A stretch of 64,000 bases of DNA from Candidatus Tayloriibacteriota bacterium (GTDB lineage: Bacteria > Patescibacteriota > Minisyncoccia > Phycocordibacterales > PALSA-1337): assembly GCA_052034805.1 (NCBI GenBank), contig JBPOID010000001.1:28184-92183 (forward strand), read 5' to 3'. The notes below the pieces were generated by a model that did no database searches, was not told the DNA's origin, and saw nothing but the letters and a program-made list of their open reading frames with translations. The first letter of the stretch is position 1; each line of letters begins with the position of its first letter. Position numbers and translations under genes: made by a program. Below are positions 20,819 through 30,831 of this stretch, one piece after another.

Positions 20819-21515
20819 TAAACTGATCTATATAGTAGATGAAATACTAGAAGAAACTCATGATGTAAAAACATTAAAGTTAAAACTAGAGAATGGTGAA
20901 ATACCATCATTTATACCTGGGCAATTCATAACTATATATTTCGAAGAAAGCGGAACACCCGAAGGAAAATCATATAGCATATCCAGTTCGCCAAAAGAAA
21001 AGACTTTGAATATTACAGTAAAATCAATGGGCGAATTTTCAAAAAAACTATGTAATATGAAATGTGGCGATAGAATAAAAGCTTCATCACCTTATGGATT
21101 TTTCTATAGTGAATCAGATAATTCACATATGATAATTATTACCCAAGGTATAGGTATGGCACCTTTCAGATCTATTATTTTAGATAAATTAAATAATAAA
21201 AATAGAAAAATAGATTTATTCTATACAAATAAGACAAAAGAAGATATTATTTTCAGGAAAGAATTCGATAAAATAAAGAAAGAAAATAAAAATATAAAAA
21301 TAAAATATTTTATAACTAGAAATAAAGAAAAAGATAGAAATTATATAAATAGAAGAATTGAAACAAAAGATATATTAGGAAATATAAAAACTATAAAAGA
21401 TAAAGAATTCTTTATCTGCGGTAGTATATCTTTCGTTAGAGACTTTTGGAATAATCTTATTGAATCTGGAATCAAAGAAGGATCTATTTATACAGAAGCA
21501 TTCTTTTCGCATTGA
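20799..21515 (+). CDS. FAD/NAD(P)-binding oxidoreductase, ferredoxin-reductase type (PyrK/FNR-like)
   Basis: GQFITIYF ... KSYSISSSP (RxYS-type FAD site) ... ITQGIGMAPFRS. Confidence 0.5.
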   Translation: MKKIENNKLIYIVDEILEETHDVKTLKLKLENGEIPSFIPGQFITIYFEESGTPEGKSYSISSSPKEKTLNITVKSMGEFSKKLCNMKCGDRIKASSPYGFFYSESDNSHMIIITQGIGMAPFRSIILDKLNNKNRKIDLFYTNKTKEDIIFRKEFDKIKKENKNIKIKYFITRNKEKDRNYINRRIETKDILGNIKTIKDKEFFICGSISFVRDFWNNLIESGIKEGSIYTEAFFSH

Positions 21516-22546
21516 TATCTTTTCAATATCTTTCTTACAAGTCCAGGACCTTCGAATATCATACCTGTTATTATATGTATTAGATCTGCACCAGCTGTGA
21601 ATTTCTCCATAGCAGTATCAGGTGACATAATTCCCCCACAACCTATTACAGTGAAATCTTTATCCATATATTCTCTAGTCTTAGCAACTAAGAAAGTAGA
21701 TGGATGAGTACATGGTTTGCCAGATAAACCTCCAACATAGGTGAAAGGAGCTTCATTCTTTACATCCAAACTAGAATAATCTTTATTCAAATTACCTATT
21801 ATTACTCCTTTTATATTTTTATATTTTTTAATAATATCTAGAAGATTCTTGAAATTATCCCAAGGAAGATTTATAGGCATTTTTATATAAATAGGTTTAT
21901 TGCAAGGTATAGTAGTGAAAGCTTGAAGTAATCTATCTAACAATATAGGAGTAGTGAAAGCTTCACCACCAAAAGCATTTGGACAAGAAATATTTATTGT
22001 ATAATAATCCCCTACTTTTTCTTCATTTAATCTTCTAAAGGAATATAGATAATCGTCTATACCTGCCTGTATAGGAACAGATCTTTCATTATTGGTTCTA
22101 GCGATACTAACACCTATAACAAAGCCTGGAATAGGCTTTTTGGACTTTATACGGGCTATTACGGTATCTACACCGTCATTTCTAAGGCCTTTATTAACTA
22201 TAATACTTTTTGACTTTATAAGTCTGGTAAGTCTAGGCTTTGGATTACCTTCACAAGGATAAGCTGTAACAGAACCTATTTCTTCACCCGCGAAACCCAG
22301 CGAAGCGAGTATTTGTGTCAAACGTCCATTGTAATCAAAACCCGCCGAAAGCATAACCGGAGTATTGTACTTTATACCATCAACAATTTTAGAAATATCT
22401 TTTCCATGATAACCATAGATAAGAGAAAATATCCATCTAGTAATAGCATATTTACCAGAAAATTCTCCAATAAAAACGAAAATATCATGAACTTTTTCTG
22501 GACTAAATCTAAAGAGTATGGGTTTTAGAACTCTTTTGTAAAGCAT
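21488..22546 (-). CDS. pyrD: Dihydroorotate dehydrogenase
   Basis: TIM-barrel DHOD pattern NTPVMLSAGFD ... GLSGKP ... GCGGI. Confidence 0.75.
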   Translation of the reverse strand: MLYKRVLKPILFRFSPEKVHDIFVFIGEFSGKYAITRWIFSLIYGYHGKDISKIVDGIKYNTPVMLSAGFDYNGRLTQILASLGFAGEEIGSVTAYPCEGNPKPRLTRLIKSKSIIVNKGLRNDGVDTVIARIKSKKPIPGFVIGVSIARTNNERSVPIQAGIDDYLYSFRRLNEEKVGDYYTINISCPNAFGGEAFTTPILLDRLLQAFTTIPCNKPIYIKMPINLPWDNFKNLLDIIKKYKNIKGVIIGNLNKDYSSLDVKNEAPFTYVGGLSGKPCTHPSTFLVAKTREYMDKDFTVIGCGGIMSPDTAMEKFTAGADLIHIITGMIFEGPGLVRKILKRYQCEKNASV

Positions 22547-22554
22547 ATTTGATA

Positions 22555-23760
22555 TTAATAATTTCTTAATCTATTTATATTCTCATGCTGACGAATCTTT
22601 TCATGCGCCTTGGCTTCTATCTGACGTATTCTCTCTCTTGTAACTCCGAATTCCTTTCCTACCTCCTCTAGAGTATGAGTTATACCATCATTTAATCCAT
22701 GTCTCATCTCTAATATTCTTCTTTCTTTTTCGGAAAGATCATTTAATATTCCATTTACTTGATCTCGTAATATTCTACGAGAGCTTTCTTGATCTGGAGA
22801 AAGGATTTTGTCATCAGAAAGGAAATCTCCCAATGTAGACTTTCCATCATCACCATCATCACCTACTGGACTTTCTAGAGAGACAACATCTTGATCTATT
22901 TTTTCTATATTATAGATTTTTTCTACATCTAATCCCATTTCTGTAGCTATTTCTTCTGCCAATGGATCTCGTCCTAAATCTTGAGTAAGTCTTCTAACTA
23001 CTTGTTTGTATTTTGCTATTGTTTCAACCATATGCACTGGAACACGTATAGTTCTACTCTGATCAGCCAAAGCACGAGTTATGGCCTGACGTATCCACCA
23101 TGTAGCATAAGTAGAAAACTTATAACCTTTTGTCCAATCGAATTTATCTACAGCTTTGAAAAGACCTAGATTACCCTCTTGTATAAGATCAAGTAATGTT
23201 AAGTCTGGACTTCTACCTACATATTTTTTTGCTATAGAAACTACGAGACGGAGATTCGCACGAGCAAGCAAATTCTTTGCTTCTATATCACCAGCTTGAA
23301 TTCTTTTTGCTAATTCCTTTTCATTACCAGCAGAAATAAGAGGATATTGACCTATTTCTTTCAAATACATCTGTATAGAATCGAAATTAGAATCACTTTT
23401 CATACCATAAGAATATTTCTTTGGATGAACGATTTCTGGTTCAACTTCCAATAATCCTCCTCCCTCTAGAACATCTATACCGAAAGAAGAAAATCTAGTA
23501 TAAAGATTATCTAGAAATTCAATATCTGTTTCTATATTTGGGAATTCTTTTAGGATCTCATCATAAGTAACGAAACCTCTTTCTTTACCCTTTGCTATAA
23601 GTTTTAGAGCTTTTAGATCTGATTCCTTGCCTTTATTTGGCTTTTTATTATCTTTTTTATTAGATGATTTCTTTATTTTTGTCTTGATCTTGGACTTGGA
23701 TTTTGTTTTATTTGAAATCTTCTTTATTTTATTCTTCTTTGAAACTTTTTTTGAGGACAT
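22555..23760 (-). CDS. rpoD: RNA polymerase sigma-70 factor with a Lys-rich N-terminal tail
   Basis: Regions 2-4 present: [36 protein letters not shown]. Confidence 0.9.
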   Translation of the reverse strand: MSSKKVSKKNKIKKISNKTKSKSKIKTKIKKSSNKKDNKKPNKGKESDLKALKLIAKGKERGFVTYDEILKEFPNIETDIEFLDNLYTRFSSFGIDVLEGGGLLEVEPEIVHPKKYSYGMKSDSNFDSIQMYLKEIGQYPLISAGNEKELAKRIQAGDIEAKNLLARANLRLVVSIAKKYVGRSPDLTLLDLIQEGNLGLFKAVDKFDWTKGYKFSTYATWWIRQAITRALADQSRTIRVPVHMVETIAKYKQVVRRLTQDLGRDPLAEEIATEMGLDVEKIYNIEKIDQDVVSLESPVGDDGDDGKSTLGDFLSDDKILSPDQESSRRILRDQVNGILNDLSEKERRILEMRHGLNDGITHTLEEVGKEFGVTRERIRQIEAKAHEKIRQHENINRLRNY

Positions 23761-23830
23761 ATTTTTATTTGTTAAATTTTTATTTATTATTTCTTAATTT
23801 TTACTTGATTTTTATTTGATCTAATTAAAA

Positions 23831-25597
23831 TTATTTTCTGAAATTCCTTAACTTGTCTTCTATTTCTTTTTTCCGAATATTTAAGCTTTTATATTTTTTC
23901 TCGAGTAAATCTTTATCATTTATTTCCATAATTCTCGATAATTCTTCCCTTATAATATCTTCTTCAAAAGTTAGAAGTAATTCTTCTATATGATATTTTT
24001 GATTTTTATTGAATAGAATTTGAGCTTCAAGTAATAGTTCTTCTTTGAATGGTTCTATTTCTTTTATTAAATTATCATAGCGTTCATTGCCCGTAATACG
24101 TTTAATAATAGAGTGTATATCATCTCTATTCTCTTCCTTAAACTCACGTTCAATGTTTATTAGAAGGCCGAATTTCCTTGAAATCGGGTCAAGGAGGCGT
24201 TCTTTAACATTAGGGGCTATTTTAACATCATATGATATTGATTGTCTAGTACTGTTTGCTTGTTTGCTTGACCTTTCTTCTTCATGCATTTTCTTTTCTA
24301 GATTTTTATAATCCTCACTTATAGATTCTTCGGATAAACCAGTTTTCTCCTTTATCAATCTTATAAAATGAGATTTTTCCATATTATTCTCCATAGCTAT
24401 AACAAAGGGTAAGACTCTTTCGCGTAAAAGAGCTGGGATTTTCCTTCTATCTATATTTTTCTCTTTTATTTCTTCCATTAGAGCGTCCAATTCAAATTCG
24501 ACTACTGGTTTCGAATTGCGTAAAACATTTTTCCATTCTTCTGGATCTTTCAATACTAAATCTGCTGGATCTTTACCATTCTTTATAGAAGCAATCTTTA
24601 CATCCATACCTAGAGATAAAGCTATTTCTGCAGATCTCCTAGAAGCTTTTCTCCCAGCATTATCAGAATCAAAAGCTAGAATAATATTTGTAGAAAGTCT
24701 TCTGACTATACCGAGATTATTAACAACATTTTCTTTTGAAACCAATGTATCAGCAAGAGCTGTACCAGAAACAGCCAAGGTATTCCTAATACCAACTTGA
24801 TGAGATAGGACCAAATCCATTTGACCTTCAACCAGAATACTATAATTTTTTATTCTTATATCTTGCTTGGCTTTATCTATACCGTACAATACTGTGCTTT
24901 TATTGTATAAAACAGTATCTGGACTATTGAGATATTTTGCACTTTTGCCATCATCATGAAGTATTCTTCCAGAAAAAGCTATTACCCTACCAGATGAATC
25001 CATAATAGGAAACATTATTCTATCTCTGAATCTATCATAATATCCTCTACTTGCTTCTTCTGCTCTCTTTATGAGACCAGCCTTTTCCATATCATTATCA
25101 GAATATTTTTTATTTTTTAGAAAAGTATATAAAAGTCTCCAATCAGCTTTTATATAACCTATTCTAAAGTTTTTTATGGTTTCTTTTTTTAAACCTCTTT
25201 TATTCAGATAATCCTGCGCTTCCTCTGAAGAAGATAATCCTGATTCAAAGAATTTTGTAGCTTCTTCCATAACTCTATATAATCTTTCTTTTTCTGTTTT
25301 ATTTTCTCCTTTCTCAAAGGTAAGATCTACTCCAGCTCTATCTGCTAGGACCTTGAGTGCACCCATGAAATCCAAACCTTCGAATTGTTCTACGAAATTG
25401 AATATATCGCCTTTTGCACCACATCCAAAGCAATAGAAACCACCCCTTTCTGGTGAAATATAGAAAGAGGGTGTTTTCTCATTATGGAATGGACATCGAG
25501 CTTTTAGATTTTTTCCTGATTTCTCTAGTTTTATATATGAACCGATGACTTCCTCAATACCCAATCGTTCTTTTATTTTTTCGACTGGAGTGGACAT
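23831..25597 (-). CDS. dnaG: DNA primase
   Basis: Zn finger CPFHNEKTPSF...CFGCG, RNA-polymerase domain, Toprim EGQMD...DSDNAG. Confidence 0.9.
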   Translation of the reverse strand: MSTPVEKIKERLGIEEVIGSYIKLEKSGKNLKARCPFHNEKTPSFYISPERGGFYCFGCGAKGDIFNFVEQFEGLDFMGALKVLADRAGVDLTFEKGENKTEKERLYRVMEEATKFFESGLSSSEEAQDYLNKRGLKKETIKNFRIGYIKADWRLLYTFLKNKKYSDNDMEKAGLIKRAEEASRGYYDRFRDRIMFPIMDSSGRVIAFSGRILHDDGKSAKYLNSPDTVLYNKSTVLYGIDKAKQDIRIKNYSILVEGQMDLVLSHQVGIRNTLAVSGTALADTLVSKENVVNNLGIVRRLSTNIILAFDSDNAGRKASRRSAEIALSLGMDVKIASIKNGKDPADLVLKDPEEWKNVLRNSKPVVEFELDALMEEIKEKNIDRRKIPALLRERVLPFVIAMENNMEKSHFIRLIKEKTGLSEESISEDYKNLEKKMHEEERSSKQANSTRQSISYDVKIAPNVKERLLDPISRKFGLLINIEREFKEENRDDIHSIIKRITGNERYDNLIKEIEPFKEELLLEAQILFNKNQKYHIEELLLTFEEDIIREELSRIMEINDKDLLEKKYKSLNIRKKEIEDKLRNFRK

Positions 25598-25613
25598 ATA
25601 ATATTATTTTTTA

Positions 25614-28600
25614 TTATTCTATATCGAATTCTTCTTCTGGCTGTATGTCTTCTATCATTTTCTGTTTTGGACTACCTTTAAATCCTGTACCTGCTGGTAT
25701 CAATCTTCCGATTATAGTATTTTCCATTAGACCAACTAGATTATCTTCACTACCACGTATAGCACTGTTTATAAGAACCTTTGTAGTATGTTGGAATGAA
25801 GCGGCTGATAGGAAGCTCTTTCTTGATAGAGATACTTCTGCAATACCCATCACTACTGGCTTTGCTTTTGCCATTTCTCCACCCTTTGCTTTTATCATAG
25901 CATTTTCTTCTTGTATTTGTGCATCATCAACTATTACACCTTCTGTAAGAGTAGTATCACCTGAAGAAATTATTTGTCTTCTTGAGAACATTTGTCTAAC
26001 TATTATTTCTATATGTTTTCTAGAAACAGTTTCTCCCTGAAGTTCATAGATTTTGCTTACTTCACTTATAACATAAGCTTTTGCTCTTTCTGCTCCACCA
26101 TATTCGAAGACTTCATCTATATCAGCAGAACCATCTGTGATAATATCTCCCTTCTTTACTTTATCTCCAACCTTTACTGTAGGTATTCTCTTATAATTGA
26201 ATACATATTCAACTTCAGAAGCTTTCTTGCCTTTTGATCTATCTTCTAATTCTGGTATTACTTTTATTATTTTTTCTTTTATCAAATCCTTTACTTCTGT
26301 AACGACACCATCAACTGTAGCAACTACCGCAGGATTCTTTGGGCTTCTCTTTTCGAAAACTTCTTCAACACGAGGTAGACCCAAAGTAATATCTCCACCA
26401 ACAGATGCAGTACCTCCAGCGTGGAATGTTCTCATTGTTAGCTGTGTTCCAGGTTCACCGATAGCTTGAGCTGCTATAGTACCTATAGCTTCACCCAATT
26501 CTACTATTTTATTCTTTCCTAGATCTATTCCATAACAATTAGCACATACTCCTGTAATACTCTTACATGATAATGGTGAGCGTACCTTCACAGATGATAC
26601 TCCCATTTCTTCTACTTTCTGAGCTTCTTGTTTACTCAATAGATGTCCTTTCTTGAATAGAACATTTCCATTTGTATCCAATACATCTTCTGCGATAACA
26701 CGTCCACGAATATTCTTTGAAATAGGAATATCCATACCTGATGCTGTTATTTTCTTTATTTCTATACTATCTTTTGTTCCACAATCTTCTTCATTCACTA
26801 TAACATCCTGAGCAACAACGAATAGTTTACGAGTAAGATATCCAGCTTTTGCAGTGTTTAGGGCAGTGTCTGTTAGACCTTTTCTTGAACCGTGAGTAGT
26901 AATGAAATATTCTATAGGTGTAAGTCCTTCTTTTGAACAAGATAGAATTGGGAATTCTATAGTACCTGTAGTAGATGAAATAAGTCCTTTCATACCTGCC
27001 ATTTGTGTAATCTGTGATAGAGATCCACGGGCTCCAGATGTAACCATATCGTATACAGATCCCATTTTATTTAGAGAATTAGGGATAAGCTTTTCTACAT
27101 CGTTCTTTGCTTTATGCCAAATCTCAATATTCTTTCTGAATCTTTCATCTTCTGCTAGAAGTCCTTCATTGAATTGATGCATAATAAGATCACTTTTATC
27201 CTTTGCTGATTTTATTATTTCAAATTTACCATTTGGAACAACTATATCATCTATACCCCATGTAGTACCTGAGAATGTTGTATATTTGAATCCGAATGCT
27301 TTTATTTTATCTAGAATAGGTGGTAGAGCTCCTATACCATTTGTGATTATAATATCATCTATAATAGATGCTAATTTCTTTCTATCAATTTCTTTATTTA
27401 TATAAGGATAATCAGTTGGTAATATATCATTGAATAATATTCTACCTACTGTAGTCTCGAATATTTTGCCATCGAATTGTGAATATTTCTTGTTACTATT
27501 TGGTAAAACCTTTATTAAAGTTCTATAACCAATAGCACCGAAATTATGAGCTGATAGAGCTGCTTCAGGACTTTCGAATATCATACCTTCACCCTTTTCA
27601 CCTGATACAGTCTTTGTAATCCAGAAACATCCAAGAACTATTTCTAGTAGCTTTGATATAACTGTAGGATCTCCATTTCCTGGTTTTAGTATATTTTTAT
27701 CAGAAGCCATTATTTCTTTTGCTTCTAATTGAGCTTCTTCACCCAATGGAACGTGAACGGCCATCTGGTCTCCATCGAAGTCAGCATTGAAAGCTGTACA
27801 TACTAGTGGGTGAACTTGAATAGCATTTCCTTCTATTAGAACTGGACGAAATGCTTGTATACCTAGACGGTGTAGAGTAGGAGCACGGTTTAGAAGAACA
27901 TATTTTCCTGCTATAACTTCTTCTAATATTTCCCAAACTTCTTTTGCTCCATCATCTATAAGTCTTCCAGCTCCACGAATATTATAAGCAAGTTCTCTCT
28001 TTAATAGACCAGAGATAACGAAAGGACGGAATAATTCCAATGCCATATGCTTTGGCAAACCACATTGATCTAGAGATAATTCTGGTCCAACAACTATCAC
28101 AGAACGTCCAGAATAATCCACACGCTTACCCAAAAGGTTAAGACGAAATAGACCACGCTTACTCTTTAGATTATCTGATAGAGATTTCAAAGCTCTTTTT
28201 TGACTTTGTATAGCGGCTGCACCTGTTGTATTTCCATGACGAATAGAATTATCTATAAGAGCGTCTACAGCTTCTTGTAGAATTCTTTTTTCATTTCTTA
28301 GAATAACATCTGGAGCATTTATCTCGCGAAGTTTCAATAAACGATTATTTCTATTTATTACTCTTCTATACAAATCATTTATATCTGAAGTAGCATATCT
28401 TCCTCCATCTAGTGGAACCATAGGACGAAGTGCTGGTGGAATAACTGGAATACGAGTAAGGAACATCCATTCAGGACGGATTCCAGATTTTATCATTGAT
28501 TTTATCAAGAAAAGTCTCTTTGAAAGTTTTTCTTTATCTATTGAACTAGCATTTTCTAATTCTTTCTCTATTTCTTCTCTGAGCTTATTCATATCTGTCT

Positions 28601-29288
28601 TCTTCAAGATTTCAAATATTGCTTCAGCACCTATTCCAGCTTCGAACAGAGAACCATATTTCATAGAATATTTATGGAATTGAACTTCATCCATAACAAA
28701 TCCTGGTGTAATACTATCTATTTCTTTTTTAGCATTATTCAATAATTCTTTAAGAGCTTCTTTTGTCTTGTCGTCTTGAGCTGCTTTTACTTTTGATTTG
28801 AATTCAGAATCCAATTCTTTTGAGAATTTTTGTTTCTCTTCATCGAATACTTTTGTAACAATATATCCAGCGAAATATACAACTTTCTCTAGATCAGAAG
28901 TAGACATACCCATAATAAGACCTATTCTTGAAGGCATATTACGTAGGAACCATATATGAGATACAGGTGTAGCAAGCTCTATATGACCCATTCTCTCACG
29001 GCGTACTATAGAACGAGTTATTTCAACTCCACATTTTTCACAAACTATTCCCTTATATCTTATTCCACGATATTTTCCACAATAACATTCATAATCCTTA
29101 TCTGGACCGAAGATTTTCTCATCGAATAAACCGTTTTTCTCTGATCTTTGTGTTCTGTAGTTTATAGTTTCTGGCTTTGTGATTTCACCGAATGACCATT
29201 CTAATATTTTTTCTGGACTCGCTACTCCTAGTTTTACGATATCGAAATCTCGAGGTTCCATATTTTTCTTTGTATTTGTTGTTTGCAT
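25614..29288 (-). CDS. rpoC: DNA-directed RNA polymerase subunit beta'
   Basis: NADFDGDQMAVH catalytic motif, Zn-binding CxxC motifs, length 1224 aa. Confidence 0.95.
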   Translation of the reverse strand: MQTTNTKKNMEPRDFDIVKLGVASPEKILEWSFGEITKPETINYRTQRSEKNGLFDEKIFGPDKDYECYCGKYRGIRYKGIVCEKCGVEITRSIVRRERMGHIELATPVSHIWFLRNMPSRIGLIMGMSTSDLEKVVYFAGYIVTKVFDEEKQKFSKELDSEFKSKVKAAQDDKTKEALKELLNNAKKEIDSITPGFVMDEVQFHKYSMKYGSLFEAGIGAEAIFEILKKTDMNKLREEIEKELENASSIDKEKLSKRLFLIKSMIKSGIRPEWMFLTRIPVIPPALRPMVPLDGGRYATSDINDLYRRVINRNNRLLKLREINAPDVILRNEKRILQEAVDALIDNSIRHGNTTGAAAIQSQKRALKSLSDNLKSKRGLFRLNLLGKRVDYSGRSVIVVGPELSLDQCGLPKHMALELFRPFVISGLLKRELAYNIRGAGRLIDDGAKEVWEILEEVIAGKYVLLNRAPTLHRLGIQAFRPVLIEGNAIQVHPLVCTAFNADFDGDQMAVHVPLGEEAQLEAKEIMASDKNILKPGNGDPTVISKLLEIVLGCFWITKTVSGEKGEGMIFESPEAALSAHNFGAIGYRTLIKVLPNSNKKYSQFDGKIFETTVGRILFNDILPTDYPYINKEIDRKKLASIIDDIIITNGIGALPPILDKIKAFGFKYTTFSGTTWGIDDIVVPNGKFEIIKSAKDKSDLIMHQFNEGLLAEDERFRKNIEIWHKAKNDVEKLIPNSLNKMGSVYDMVTSGARGSLSQITQMAGMKGLISSTTGTIEFPILSCSKEGLTPIEYFITTHGSRKGLTDTALNTAKAGYLTRKLFVVAQDVIVNEEDCGTKDSIEIKKITASGMDIPISKNIRGRVIAEDVLDTNGNVLFKKGHLLSKQEAQKVEEMGVSSVKVRSPLSCKSITGVCANCYGIDLGKNKIVELGEAIGTIAAQAIGEPGTQLTMRTFHAGGTASVGGDITLGLPRVEEVFEKRSPKNPAVVATVDGVVTEVKDLIKEKIIKVIPELEDRSKGKKASEVEYVFNYKRIPTVKVGDKVKKGDIITDGSADIDEVFEYGGAERAKAYVISEVSKIYELQGETVSRKHIEIIVRQMFSRRQIISSGDTTLTEGVIVDDAQIQEENAMIKAKGGEMAKAKPVVMGIAEVSLSRKSFLSAASFQHTTKVLINSAIRGSEDNLVGLMENTIIGRLIPAGTGFKGSPKQKMIEDIQPEEEFDIE

Positions 29289-29311
29289 ATATTTTTAGTT
29301 ATTTGGTGAGA

Positions 29312-30811
29312 TTAGTTGGTAATGGTTATCATTCCATCGCTTTGATCTTCAGTGATCAAAGTCCCATATAAATCTGGTGGATTACACCATAGTCTAGATC
29401 CTTCTTTAACCATCTGTGTACAAGTCTTGCCATTATATAGCGGAACTTTTCCATCGTATAAAGAAACTTTTACTTTATATTGACCTGGTACAGTATCAGC
29501 CAGAATATCACCCGTTACATGATACTTAGAGATATTTAATAGATAAGAATAATTTGTAGTTGTAGCAGAAGAATCAATTGAATAAGAATCACCATTACCA
29601 ATAGATATTAAGAATTTATATCCCTCAGGTAATGTTTTATTAGCATTCCACTTAACAAAAGTATTATCGCCAATTTTTACAATCTCTCCTCCATTTGGAG
29701 AAATAATAGTAATAGAAGGTTCTAAATTCAATCCACCAGACATATTTGGATTTGTTCCTCTATATGAAGCTGATTCACATTTTGAATTATACATAACTTG
29801 ACCTTCTGGACATTTAGCAGTCGTGTTTGTTATGGGAATAAATTTAAATGTAGAAAGAATTTGTTTATTTATTTGATCAATTTCTTTTCCATCACTAATA
29901 GCAGGAAAACTAATCAGATAAGTTCTACCATTATAATTAACTACAACTCCATAATTATATTCTCCTGCATATGTTGAGGGTGTTTTCATACTATAACCAT
30001 TTACTCCTCCTTGAAATTTTACTATGGTTGAATATTCTGTTTTATTAATGTATTTTGATGTATTACAATCTCCATTATCTATTCTACATAAATTAATTGT
30101 GAGATCAGCAGCATCACCTGAAGTTTCTTTTTTACTTAGATAAGCACTATTATTTTCTGGTTTAACCAAAACAATTTGATCACTATATGGATAAGTAATA
30201 TCTGCATTAAGATTTGAATGTATTATCCAATCACTAGGATATTTAAATTCAAAACCAAGTCTTGAATTCGTATATGTCTTCCAATTAGAATTAGTTATAG
30301 AGTCTTTATTATCTCCTGGTGCATAAGAAAACTTAACTGATTTTATTGCAGGAAATTGCAATAATGTTTTCTCTACTATTGGATGAATTTTCGCAATACT
30401 AAATGATACACCAGCCCAACCATCTATATCCATCTTTAGTAATACATAAGCAGTTCCATCTACTACTTTAAGATAAGAGACTTGTTCCTCTGAAGGACTT
30501 ATCTGAGAAAGTATTACCTTTGCTGCAAGTTCTGCACTTGTTCTAACTATATCTGTAGTTGATGTTGAAATAGTCTTTTTTTCAAATTCCCAAGTTGTTA
30601 CAGGATTAACACCTCCATTTGAAACATATTCATTTACAGCTTTTGTATATGAAGGAATGTCCTTTGGAACCATTATTGTTACAGGTACTATATATTGTTC
30701 TCCATGGCAACAATTCAAAGATCGTATTGGTAATAAGAAATTATAGACAGCTCCTGCTACCCCTATCACCACAACCGCTATAATAACCCCCCAAATAATT
30801 TTTTTATTCAT
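29312..30811 (-). CDS. Membrane-anchored secreted protein with a GerMN-like domain, sitting between rpoB and rpoC
   Basis: N-terminal TM/signal, YLKVVDGTAYVLLKMDIDGWAGVSFSIAKIHPIVEKTLLQFPAIKSVKF (GerMN-like), Cys-containing beta-rich C-terminal half. Confidence 0.5.
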   Translation of the reverse strand: MNKKIIWGVIIAVVVIGVAGAVYNFLLPIRSLNCCHGEQYIVPVTIMVPKDIPSYTKAVNEYVSNGGVNPVTTWEFEKKTISTSTTDIVRTSAELAAKVILSQISPSEEQVSYLKVVDGTAYVLLKMDIDGWAGVSFSIAKIHPIVEKTLLQFPAIKSVKFSYAPGDNKDSITNSNWKTYTNSRLGFEFKYPSDWIIHSNLNADITYPYSDQIVLVKPENNSAYLSKKETSGDAADLTINLCRIDNGDCNTSKYINKTEYSTIVKFQGGVNGYSMKTPSTYAGEYNYGVVVNYNGRTYLISFPAISDGKEIDQINKQILSTFKFIPITNTTAKCPEGQVMYNSKCESASYRGTNPNMSGGLNLEPSITIISPNGGEIVKIGDNTFVKWNANKTLPEGYKFLISIGNGDSYSIDSSATTTNYSYLLNISKYHVTGDILADTVPGQYKVKVSLYDGKVPLYNGKTCTQMVKEGSRLWCNPPDLYGTLITEDQSDGMITITN

Positions 30812-30831
30812 ATATTTTATTTAGTGAATTA

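Noticed and set aside
25645-26469. Antisense ORFs inside rpoC (and similar ones inside rpoB 31042-31930 / 33359-33673, smc 43410-44747, gyrB 54783-55070, dnaE 48552-48934)
   Set aside because: They lie opposite long, well-supported genes and are low-complexity mirror translations typical of AT-rich coding DNA.
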